From Octopus sinensis (Eukaryota): a DNA stretch of 64,000 nucleotides. The stretch covers positions 1 through 64,000 of the forward strand of contig NW_021832868.1 in assembly GCF_006345805.1 (NCBI RefSeq), in the 5' to 3' direction. Positions 35,647-46,700 of this stretch are shown here, piece by piece. Numbering within the stretch: position 1 is the first letter of the stretch; every line of letters starts with the position of its first letter. The notes under the pieces were generated by a model that had not been told where the DNA came from, made no database searches, and saw only the letters and a program-made list of their open reading frames with translations. The position numbers and the translations under genes were made by a program.

Positions 35647-35814
35647 TATACTCTGCTAACTATTTTTTGTTTACATAATAAAAAAATGGCATTCCGAAAT
35701 TTCGTTGAAGATTTTTTTCGGAATGGTCCTTTTTTGCATCAGTCGAAAAAAATTTGGCAATGATACTTTTTTTGCATAGGTTGAAAATAGTGTTTATTTA
35801 GAGAATTTTTCCTA
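35647..35814. promoter_or_regulatory. Bidirectional H2A/H4 promoter region
   Basis: 168 bp between divergent ATGs; inverted CATTCCGAA (35690) and TTCGGAATG (35717); AATGATACTTTTTTTGCAT. Confidence 0.7.
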
Positions 35815-35964
35815 ATGTCTGGACGTGGTAAAGGTGGCAAAGGAGGAAAGAGTGGTGCAAAACGATTTCGAAAGATATTAATTGACAATATACAAGGAAT
35901 TACTAAGCCAGCAATAAGAAGACTATGTCGAAGAGGAGGTGTTCGAAGAATTTCTGGAAAAATT
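35815..35964 (+). other. H4: Histone H4 codons 1-50 fused to the A1 5' end
   Basis: MSGRGKGG...[18 protein letters not shown], then [10 protein letters not shown] instead of YEETR. Confidence 0.93.
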
Positions 35965-36254
35965 CATGCAATTACAAGACTGTCTCGAGGAGGACCTCTT
36001 CCCAACGAAAAGGTTCCTGATGCGGACGGTTGGCATACCGTGGGGAAACCCAAACGTGTTGCCAGCCGTTTTTAATAGTTTAGGTACTGGGTGTGTGTCT
36101 GCGCAGGTAGATGCACACCCAAAGAAGACTGCTCGCGCCGGGGGTAGAATTACCTTCGGCGTGGTGGCTAGAGAGGTCTAGTGGCCTCGGGCAAAAAGGC
36201 CTCGGTCATAAAGATCCTGGGGACGCTTGACTCTATACAGCCATCTAGGCGGTA
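35965..36254 (+). mobile_element. Family A1 5' end (ORF1 N-terminus)
   Basis: [26 protein letters not shown] and KILGTLDSIQPSR match A2 ORF1 and overlap the A1 ends at 43255 and 47720. Confidence 0.88.
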
Positions 36255-37247
36255 TGACTCGAATGAAGTTCGTTTTATTGACTCGACAGAAAAATTCGGA
36301 AATTATAGCATTTCTTAAGGATGGTGAAATGCCAGATGAAGTGACTCAGAATCAGAATGAGTCAAATTTCAGGAGAACGGCATCATTATTCAGATTGTCG
36401 GACTCCAAAAATGACATTTTTTACTTCAAAACTTCGGGAATCTTACTACGTACCTTTGCTCTCGAGGAAGTAGAAGAAAAGAAACTTTTTATTGAAAATC
36501 TCCATTTAAAAAATGGACATCCAGGTCAAGACAAGCTGCTTTTTCTCCTTAAAGATACTGTTTATGGGTCTTGTCGGAATGAGGTTATGTCAGTCCTCAA
36601 ATCATGCTGCCAATGTCAGGCGAGAAAGCTTATGAACACCAGACCTGTAATTAAGCCAATAAGAGCCTATAGCGTGAGAGAAAGGTATCACTATTCAGTC
36701 TAATGTTAGATATATTTTTGATCTAATCGATTTACGTCATTATGCTCATGAGAACGAAAATTACGCGTGGCTTTTGGTTGGCCTCGATTCATTCTCAAAG
36801 TTTTGTTGGACGTCACCGTCATTGTCCAAATCAGCTATGGAAGTGTCTAAAGCAATAAATAAAATAATATTAATTTTTGGAAAACCATTAATTCTTCATA
36901 TGGACAATGGGAAGGAATTTGTCAACGAAAGGATTTCCCGATTGTGCGATGAGTACAAGATAAAGCACGTGAGAGGTCGTGCAAGGTGCCCTTGGGTGCA
37001 GGGGCAGATGGAAAGACTAAACCAATCTCTGAAATATATGTTGTCCTCCACCTGTTTGTCTGAAAACCTCTATTATAAATGGATTTCGATTATAGACCGG
37101 ATAACCAGTTCATATAACTCACCCATTTGGCAACTCGATGCAATAGAATGCATAATTCCGAGTAAACAAGGCGACATAACGAAATTGTTAAATGCATACA
37201 CATGCACCTATGCAGAAAATTTGGATTCAAAAAATCAAAAAGGTTAA
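36255..37247 (+). mobile_element. Ginger/KRBA2-type DDE integrase with a predicted 25-nt intron (36685-36709)
   Basis: LHLKNGHPG...CCQC (HHCC); spliced ERYIFDLIDL, LDSFSKF, LHMDNGKEF, QGQMERLNQSLK. Confidence 0.85.
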
Positions 37248-37578
37248 AGACTCACTCTATCCAAAGAGTTGACACTACTATCCTTAGTTAATTTACTAAA
37301 TAATTAAGATTAATTTATTCAAGTTTAATGCAACTTGGGTCACTCGTCTTCTGAAAAAGTTAAATTTGTTGACTTAAATAGCAATATCAAAAAAATGACA
37401 AATTGGGAAATTAATTATTTTAAAAATAAAATGAATAACAACGTCATTAAGAAATGCCAAATCGCATAAAAAAAGCTCATTCGAAGCGTAAAGAAAAAAA
37501 GTAAATTTACAAAAAATAACACTTATAGATGAATTAAAACACAACACTGATCACCAACCCGTAATAGCGACCACTCCA

Positions 37579-38265
37579 ATGCAGTTAAGCATTATTGAAC
37601 TCCAAAAACAAGCCCGTAAACAGATGACCGTACAGGAGAAACTTCTGGAAGTAGTGGACAGTTTTGACGTTCTGTCCCAATCAGAGGCCAACTACTTAGT
37701 CCTAGACCAGAAATTACTTGACAGAGCTAAAATAATCGAAAATCCACCAACATATGCCCCTTCAGAACACAGCCTTAGTCTTGAATCTATCGAAGCTCCA
37801 ATTCAAAGAAAGCCTTACAAACCTTATGTTAAACCACATTCAACAAGCGCGTTTATACTTTCCTCAATTATATTTAGTATAATTTGTATGTTTATATTTT
37901 AGCTGTAATCGCACTTTTGGTTCACCATAACGCATTCAGACCACAAATGAACGACATTAAGCCTATTGAACAGCTTTGTGAAAAAATGTCTCCACATATA
38001 TTGATCACAAATAACCAAGTGAATGTCACATATATGAAGGCTCTGAATGTCGGATAATTGGAATATGAGACTTCAGATGTCAACGAACTTAGTTATTTTA
38101 TTAAATATAAAAAATGTCGGAATATTTGGACCTGGATATTTTCTTGTTAATAGAAATGATAAAGAGGGAACAAACTACATAATGCATAGATTTATTGGAA
38201 AATATGAATATCCGATGGAATTTGTGGAAATAGTTTGCAACAAATATTTGTTGCCTTTTAAGTAA
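37579..38265 (+). other. Unidentified, probably frameshifted membrane-protein ORF(s)
   Basis: Hydrophobic FILSSIIFSIICMFIF extends to LAVIALLV if one T is added near 37900; no recognisable domain. Confidence 0.3.
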
Positions 38266-38361
38266 ATTACTTTTTGATGTAAAAATAAATTTATCTGAAA
38301 AATTATCTTTTATAAATACAGATAAGCTGTTTTTAATCCAAATATTTTTTTTGACTTTAAA

Positions 38362-38550
38362 TCAGTTCGACTCTTTCGAGCAACCATCTTGTTGTATAGG
38401 CGTCAAAAATAATTCAGTACCAGTCTGTTCCATGCTCGTCCATGCCCCTCTGTTGCGGGCGAAATCCCGCAAAGATTTTAGGTCGTCCCAGTTTTTGAAA
38501 CTTTTGTCATGAAGTTTGAGATCCCTTTCAAGAACTGTGTGTGATGACAT
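38362..38550 (-). mobile_element. RTE-like 3' fragment
   Basis: LERDLK...DDLKSLRDFARNRGAW resembles the RTE C-terminus at 58919; CCATCTTGTTGTAT motif is also seen at about 9647. Confidence 0.6.
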
Positions 38551-38642
38551 GGGATGAACTGGTCACCAAATACCACAAGCGGTACTTAAGACAGTTGGAT
38601 GTAGATAAGTCTCTACAGGCTTATATACAGTCAGCCCTTTCC
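38551..38642 (+). mobile_element. R2/NeSL-like REL-domain fragment
   Basis: WDELVTKYHKRYLRQLDVDKSLQAYIQS aligns with TWDGVVSKFFKSHMDKLSIEEGTRTYIQS in the 61200 ORF. Confidence 0.65.
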
Positions 38643-38892
38643 TGACGTTTAGTCAGCAAGAGGCGCTAGACTGCACCTTCTCGAAGGTCTACAGTGCCAG
38701 AGAAGAAAAGGAAGAAAAAGAGGAGGTGCGTGGAGTGCCACCTTCTGCTCACTTCGAAGGCTCTGGACTTAGTAAAATTACTTAGTTTCTTTTTTTAATA
38801 AAGCTAGTTAGTATATTTATGAAATTGCTAATTTTTATCTGGTTAATTTGTAAGGAATATCAATGTATTTTATTAAAAAAATTATGTATAAT

Positions 38893-39197
38893 TTATCCAC
38901 CAAATCCGTAAATTGTCCTACCTTGACGTTTCAAGGCATTAACAACGTCCATTGCGATAACAGTTTTTCTTTTGGCATGCTCAGTGTAAGAAATACAATC
39001 ACGAACAGTTTGCTCAATAAAAATCTTAAGGACAGAACGTGTCTCCTCGTAAATTTTTCCAGAAATTCTTCGAACACCCCCTCTTCGACATAGTCTTCTT
39101 ATTGCTGGCTTAGTAATTCCTTGTATATTGTCAATTAATATCTTTCGAAATCGTTTTGCACCACTCTTTCCTCCTTTGCCCCTTACCACGTCCAGAC
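38893..39197 (-). pseudogene. H4: Histone H4, full body with small indels at the start (ATG damaged)
   Basis: [14 protein letters not shown]...TEHAKRKTV...[13 protein letters not shown]; the A1 3' end lies about 19 nt upstream. Confidence 0.9.
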
Positions 39198-39216
39198 TAG
39201 GAAAAATTCTCTAAAT

Positions 39217-42200
39217 TGGAAAATTTTTATTTAATAATTAATTAGAGAGGCTGTTAGTGAGGTAACATAAGGAGACCTTCGGCATTCCTGCGTTTTCGGT
39301 CCAGCACACACGCTCGCCTCTCTACACAACCACAGGTTAGGACTTACCGTCTTACCTGCCACCCAGTCATTATCTTCTCTAGGACCTCAGGGAGGCCTTT
39401 GAGGGACAATTTTTGGGCGTTGGAGAGCTCATCACGCCATCCTAAGCCATAGGCTAGCCGGATAGCTCGTCTTCTTACTTTCTTAAGCGCGTCAACGTGC
39501 TTCTCCCTGTCCTCGCAGAAGTGCCAAGCGTGCACGCCATAGGTTAACACGGGTAACACCATGGCGTTGAACACACGGAACCAGGCACCTCTCCTCAAGT
39601 GGAAAGCACGCAACGCGCCTAATCGCTGCATTGCACGCATTTTAGTGCGTGCAATGTGATCATCGAACTTACCTGACTGCTTGAAGACCACGCCCAAGTA
39701 GGTCGTCCGATCAACTATAGCGATCGCTGACCCGTCCAGCGATAACCTAGGGATAAAATTAGTGTAACCCCTCGTCCTTTTACAGACTTTAAGGACACTG
39801 CACTTGTCCGCACACATCTTTAGACCCCTACTCCCACACCAGTGTACAAGTTCATCCACAGCAACCTGTAGCCTACGACACGCACACTCTGGTTTCATCG
39901 ACTGATTCCAGAGGATAATGTCGTCTGCATAGATCACCATTTCAGTACGAGCATTGACTGGCATAGGCGCAGAGGCCATAAAGATATTAAACAGTGTGGG
40001 ACTCAGCACAGAACACTGAGGGACCCCGCGAAGGACTGTTCCGACTTTAGAAAAGACCCCCTGGTGTCGCACGACCTGACCGCGAGATTCGAGGAACCCC
40101 GACAGCCAGCGCCTTAGACACGGAGAAACCCCACACGTGGCGAGGGAACTCCGCAGGCCGTCGTGCCACACCGAGTCGAAGGCCTTTTCTATGTCAAGAC
40201 TAACTAACATACCAAACTCACTTTTCTGGAGGGCGTTCTTCATTTCGGAAGACACCTTCCACAAGCAGTCTCCACATGAACGACCCTCCCTGAAGCCCCA
40301 TTGGAACTCCGGGAGGGCGTCAACCACCGTCAGCTCCTCCAGGAGCCTTCGGTGCATGATCCTTTCTAGGATTTTAGATATAGCGGGAAGCAAGGAAATG
40401 GGCCTATATCCCCCGGGGACATCATGCTGCTTCCCAGGTTTTCCAATGAGGATTACCTCAGCCACTTTCCACCTGGAAGGAATCATCCCAAGTCGCAAGC
40501 TCCCGCTAAACAAAACCTGTAAGGCCGTGATCAACAACGGCGGGGCCTTTTTGAAGATGGACATAGGGATCCGATCTAGCCCCGCCGCGGTGTTCTTACT
40601 TCGGGAGATCGCTGCCAGGATCTCCCTTTCGGAAACTTCGCCTGCATCGACCCTTGATATGTCCAGCTGGCAGCGCTTGTCCCAAGACAATACCTCCTGG
40701 ATAGTAACAAAAGACGACGTCTCTACGAACTGACTTCCGTCAGTTCCCGAGATGTTGTTGAGGTGGGTTGAAAATATATCAGCCACCTCAACCGGGTCCG
40801 AGGCGAGGGTTCCATCAGAGCGCTTAAGGCGCACTGACTTTGCCTCCCCTCTCCCCGACAGGCTCTTCAGTTGTTTCCAGAAGTCCGGAAAGCGCGGGTC
40901 CACTCTTTGGCAGGCCCGCTCCCACCGTGAACTTTCGTGTTCACGGATTTCCCTCCGGATCTCCCTCTGAAGCCGGCTGATCCAGCCGCGAAACCAGACA
41001 CGGTTCTCCTGGTAGACGCATTTGTCCCGCAGTCTGGACAGCCGGCGCTTGAATCTAATTTTATTTAGCACCCGGTACGGGAGCGTGGAATGTGCCTGGC
41101 CCTGTACTGGGTTCTGTTTGAAATTATCTCGCATATAATCAGACAGGGCAGCATTGATTCCATTATCTAACGCCTCCAACTCTCGTATGTTGGCGCAGGT
41201 ATTCCCCACCAGGAGTGAGGGCAACCTGCTGGCCATGAACCTCTCCAGGTTGGCCCAGGAACCGGACCGGAGGTCAAAGTATCCTGGGGCCCTTTGAGGA
41301 ACTGGCTCACGGAGTTCGTGCAATAGAGGCAGATGGTCGCTCCCAATATCAGGCAATAAAATTGTGTTACTAACCCAATTTAGCATCCCGGGGCTGACCA
41401 GAGCAAGGCCTAGCCAGTCTTGTCCTCCCCGCGAATCGATGTGGTTTGGCTCGCTTGAAGATCTGATTTCCAACCCGAGGTCTTCAACCAGCGTCTTTAG
41501 AGCCAAACCATGCGCGTTGGTTACCCTGAAACTGAGCTCTTGGTGCTTGGCATTCAGGTCCCCAACGACCATCGCCTTCGGATGCTTTCCAAAGAACTCC
41601 CGTACGTGCCAAGAACACGCCGTAAAGTTCTTCGAATACATCGCCCCTAGGTAAAAGTTTAAATTACCTATGCGAATCCTCACTTGGAGGAATTCACATA
41701 GGCTACAAGAACATATACCTGAGCTCCGGAGAGCAAGGTACGGCTTGTAGAAGAGGCTAGTTCCAGTGCCACATGTTGACCCCTGTTTCCAGGGTATGTG
41801 ACAGCAGTTGTAGCCATCAACTACGTACCGATCCTGCTTTAACTTTGTTTCGTTGACCACCAGGATGTCCGCACTAGTGGTGGCCAACATCCTCCGAATC
41901 GCGTCTCCTTTGCCTGACAAGGAGCGCGCGTTCACCGATATGATGTTGAGCATCATATCGGCTCCTCACCAAGAAACTTCTTGGCCTCGGCATAGTTGCG
42001 GCGTAGCATATCCGCTACGCTGCACTTCATCTCCCTACAAAGTGTTATCAGGCGTATACATAACTCCACCGCAGGACTAACACTGTCCTGCGGCTCACGC
42101 TCGCAAGGGGGTGAGTGCAATGGCATCTCCACGTATGGAGGAAGCCTTTTCGCCCCCAGGTTTTGCTGGGTGGTGTCACCTGTAGCCGATTCGGAGGGCA

Positions 42201-43255
42201 TCGCAGGCTTCGGCATCCGAGCTGACTCGGATGCTTCCACCCGCTTTGCCGGCTTTGTCGGCGACGGCGGAACCGACCCGCTAGCAATGTGGCTAGCAGG
42301 CTTCGCCACCCAAGCGGACTTGGGAGGTTTGGCCTGCTTTGCCTGTTTGCCAGGTTGTGGAGCGGGGGCCGCGACGCTGGGGGTGCGGTGGCTTGCAGGC
42401 ATCACAGGCTTCGCCACGCAAGCGGACTTGGGAGGTTTGGCCTGCTTTGCTTGTTTGCCAGGTTTTGGCGCTGGGGCCGCGACGCTAGGGGTGCGGTGGC
42501 TTGCAGGCTTCACAGGCCTCGCCACCCAAGCGGACTTGGGAGGTTTGGCCTGCTTTACCTGTTTGCCGGTTGGTTGCGCGGGGGCCGCGACGCTAGGGGG
42601 GCGACTTACCTTCGGGATTACATCCCCACCAACCTGTCGGGTTGCCTCCTTGAACTTACGACAACCCTTGAAGTTGGCAGTGTGTCCTAACTTACCACAG
42701 TTGACACACTGCCTCACCATAGGTGGTGAGGGGCATGTCTTGCGATCATGCTTCCCACCGCAGATTAGGCATTTCGCCTTCTCCGGACACTTCGTGCTTA
42801 TGTGTCCGAACCCCTGACACCGAAAGCATTGGGTGGCTTTCGGGCGGGGCCGGACAGCACGAAGCCTGACGTAGCCGATCCTAGTACCCAGAAGTACTAG
42901 GCGCTCGGCTTCCGCAGGAGATCCCAGGATGACCTCCACCACTTCAAGAGGGCGGTTACCCTGCTTGAAGCGTGCAAGGGCAGAGGCACTGGGGTACTCC
43001 CGCTGTATGTGTCCTAAAAGGTCATTATCCTCGAAGTCCCGGGGGACCCCGAGGAGCAGGACTCTTACCTGCCTTACCTTTCGTTCAATCCTGACAAGCC
43101 GATGCATGCCAGGACCGAACGGGCTGGACTTCTCCAGCTCTCCTTTAAAGCTGAAGAAGTCCTCCTCCTTCTCCCACCCAAGCAGGAATTGGGTGGGCTC
43201 CCTCTTCAGGACTCTATACCGCCTAGATGGCTGTATAGAGTCAAGCGTCCCCAGG
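39217..43255 (-). mobile_element. Family A1 LINE, 5'-truncated, intact ORF2 (39344-41956) and most of ORF1
   Basis: 870-aa ORF2; ORF1 with three CCHC knuckles and three 36-aa repeats; 3' end joined to ATTTAGAGAATTTTTCCTA upstream of H4. Confidence 0.96.
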
Positions 43256-43611
43256 AGTTTAAAAACAGTTTAGAAAAAAAATATAACAAAAATAATTAAA
43301 ATTTGGTAGAAATTGATCATTTTAGATTTTAGGGCGCTAAAATACAAGATCGCCGAATCCGGGAACAAATAAATAAAAGTTTGCCATAAGAATATAAAGA
43401 ATAGAACTTTCTATCAAAAAATAAGGTAAAATTCAATGAATAAAGATAAATGAGAATATTTCAAATAAGCGATATAAACAAATTGAAAGAATAAACTCGC
43501 AAATATTACACAAATGAAATTTCAGATAATTTATTAATTAAAAGAAACTACATCGCAAAATATTCCTTCTAATCCAAATAAATAAAAAAATAAAGATTGA
43601 CCAAATAATGG

Positions 43612-43699
43612 CAAATTGTGAAACAGAATTGCGAGCAGATTGTTTCCTTGGAAATTTTGCTCCAGTAGATTTTTGAGCAGTTTGTTGTGTTCTAGCCAT
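43612..43699 (-). pseudogene. H3: Variant H3 5' fragment
   Basis: MARTQQTAQKSTGAKFPRKQSARNSVSQF (12-nt deletion), joined to repeat D. Confidence 0.8.
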
Positions 43700-43779
43700 A
43701 TTTTTGTTATTTCAGACAGAACCGATTCAGACAAGTTATTTTTGATTTATATTATTCCGAATTTTTAAACAACGTTATT

Positions 43780-46700
43780 AGGAGGAGGAAAATTTTTATT
43801 TAATAATTAATTAGAGAGGCTGTTAGTGAGGTAACATAAGGAGACCTTCGGCATTCCTGCCTTTTCGGTCCAGCACACACGCTCGCCTCTCTACACAACC
43901 ACAGGTTAGGACTTACCGTCTTACCTGCCACCCAGTCATTATCTTCTCTAGGACCTCAGGGAGGCCTTTGAGGGACAATTCCTGGGCGTTGGAGAGCTCA
44001 TCACGCCATCCTAAGCCATAGGCTAGCCGGATAGCTTGTCTTCTTACTTTCTTAAGCGCGTCAACGTGCTTCTCCCTGTCCTCGCAGAAGTGCCAAGCGT
44101 GCACGCCATAGGTTAACACGGGTAACACCATGGCGTTGAACACACGGAACCAGGCACCTCTCCTCAAGTGGAAAGCACGCAACGCGCCTAATCGCTGCAT
44201 TGCACGCATTTTAGTGCGTGCAATGTGATCATCGTACTTACCTGACTGCTTGAAGACCACGCCCAAGTAGGTCGTCCGATCAACTATAGCGATCGCTGAC
44301 CCGTCCAGCGATAACCTAGGGATAAAATTAGTGTAACCCCTCGTCCTTTTACAGACTTTAAGGACACTGCACTTGTCCGCACACATCTTTAGACCCCTAC
44401 TCCCACACCAGTGTACAAGTTCATCCACAGCAACCTGTAGCCTACGACACGCACACTCTGGTTTCATCGACTGATTCCAGAGGATAATGTCGTCTGCATA
44501 GATCACCATTTCAGTACGAGCATTGACTGGCATAGGCGCAGAGGCCATATAGATATTAAACAGTGTGGGACTCAGCACAGAACACTGAGGGACCCCGCGA
44601 AGGACTGTTCCGACTTTAGAAAAGACCCCCTGGTGTCGCACGACCTGACCGCGAGATTCGAGGAACCCCGACAGCCAGCGCCTTAGACACGGAGAAACCC
44701 CACACGTGGCGAGGGAACTCCGCAGGCCGTCGTGCCACACCGAGTCGAAGGCCTTTTCTATGTCAAGACTAACTAACATACCAAACTCACTTTTCTGGAG
44801 GGCGTTCTTCATTTCGGAAGACACCTTCCACAAGCAGTCTCCACATGAACGACCCTCCCTGAAGCCCCATTGGAACTCCGGGAGGGCGTCAACCACCGTC
44901 AGCTCCTCCAGGAGCCTTCGGTGCATGATCCTTTCTAGGATTTTAGATATAGCGGGAAGCAAGGAAATGGGCCTATATCCCCCGGGGACATCATGCTGCT
45001 TCCCAGGTTTTCCAATGAGGATTACCTCAGCCACTTTCCACCTGGAAGGAATCATCCCAAGTCGCAAGCTCCCGCTAAACAAAACCTGTAAGGCCGTGAT
45101 CAACAACGGCGGGGCCTTTTTGAAGATGGACATAGGGATCCGATCTAGCCCCGCCGCGGTGTTCTTACTTCGGGAGATCGCTGCCAGGATCTCCCTTTCG
45201 GAAACTTCGCCTGCATCGACCCTTGATATGTCCAGCTGGCAGCGCTTGTCCCAAGACAATACCTCCTGGATAGTAACAAAAGACGACGTCTCTACGAACT
45301 GACTTCCGTCAGTTCCCGAGATGTTGTTGAGGTGGGTTGAAAATATATCAGCCACCTCAACCGGGTCCGAGGCGAGGGTTCCATCAGAGCGCTTAAGGCG
45401 CACTGACTTTGCCTCCCCTCTCCCCGACAGGCTCTTCAGTTGTTTCCAGAAGTCCGGAAAGCGCGGGTCCACTCTTTGGCAGGCCCGCTCCCACCGTGAA
45501 CTTTCGTGTTCACGGATTTCCCTCCGGATCTCCCTCTGAAGCCGGCTGATCCAGCCGCGAAACCAGACACGGTTCTCCTGGTAGACGCATTTGTCCCGCA
45601 GTCTGGACAGCCGCGCTTGAATCTAATTTTATTTAGCACCCGGTACGGGAGCGTGGAATGTGCCTGGCCCTGTACTGGGTTCTGTTTGAAATTATCTCGC
45701 ATATAATCAGACAGGGCAGCATTGATTCCATTATCTAACGCCTCCAACTCTCGTATGTTGGCGCAGGTATTCCCCACCAGGAGTGAGGGCAACCTGCTGG
45801 CCATGAACCTCTCCAGGTTGGCCCAGGAACCGGACCGGAGGTCAAAGTATCCTGGGGCCCTTTGAGGAACTGGCTCACGGAGTTCGTGCAATAGAGGCAG
45901 ATGGTCGCTCCCAATATCAGGCAATAAAATTGTGTTACTAACCCAATTTAGCATCCGGGGCTGACCAGAGCAAGGCCTAGCCAGCCTTGTCCTCCCCGCG
46001 AATCGATGTGGTTTGGCTCGCTTGAAGATCTGATTTCCAACCCGAGGTCTTCAACCAGCGTCTTTAGAGCCAACCATGCGCGTTGGTTACCCTGAAACCG
46101 AGCTCTTGGTGCTTGGCATTCAGGTCCCCAACGACCATCGCCTTCGGATGCTTTCCAAAGAACTCCCGTACGTGCCAAGAACACGCCGTAAAGTTCTTCG
46201 AATACATCGCCCCTAGGTAAAAAGTTAAATTACCTATGCGAATCCTCACTTGGAGGAATTCACATAGGCTACAAGAACATATACCTGAGCTCCGGAGAGC
46301 AAGGTACGGCTTGTAGAAGAGGCTAGTTCCAGTGCCACATGTTGACCCCTGTTTCCAGGGTATGTGACAGCAGTTGTAGCCATCAACTACGTACCGATCC
46401 TGCTTTAACTTTGTTTCGTTGACCACCAGGATGTCCGCACTAGTGGTGGCCAACATCCTCCGAATCGCGTCTCCTTTGCCTGACAAGGAGCGCGCGTTCA
46501 CCGATATGATGTTGAGCATCATATCGGCTCCTCACCAAGGAACTTCTTGGCCTCGGCATAGTTGCGGCGTAGCATATCTGCTACGCTGCACTTCATCTCC
46601 TCACAAAGTGTTATCAGGCGTATACATAACTCCACCGCAGGACTAACACTGTCCTGCGGCTCACGCTCGCAAGGGGGTGAATGCAGTGGCATCTCCACGT

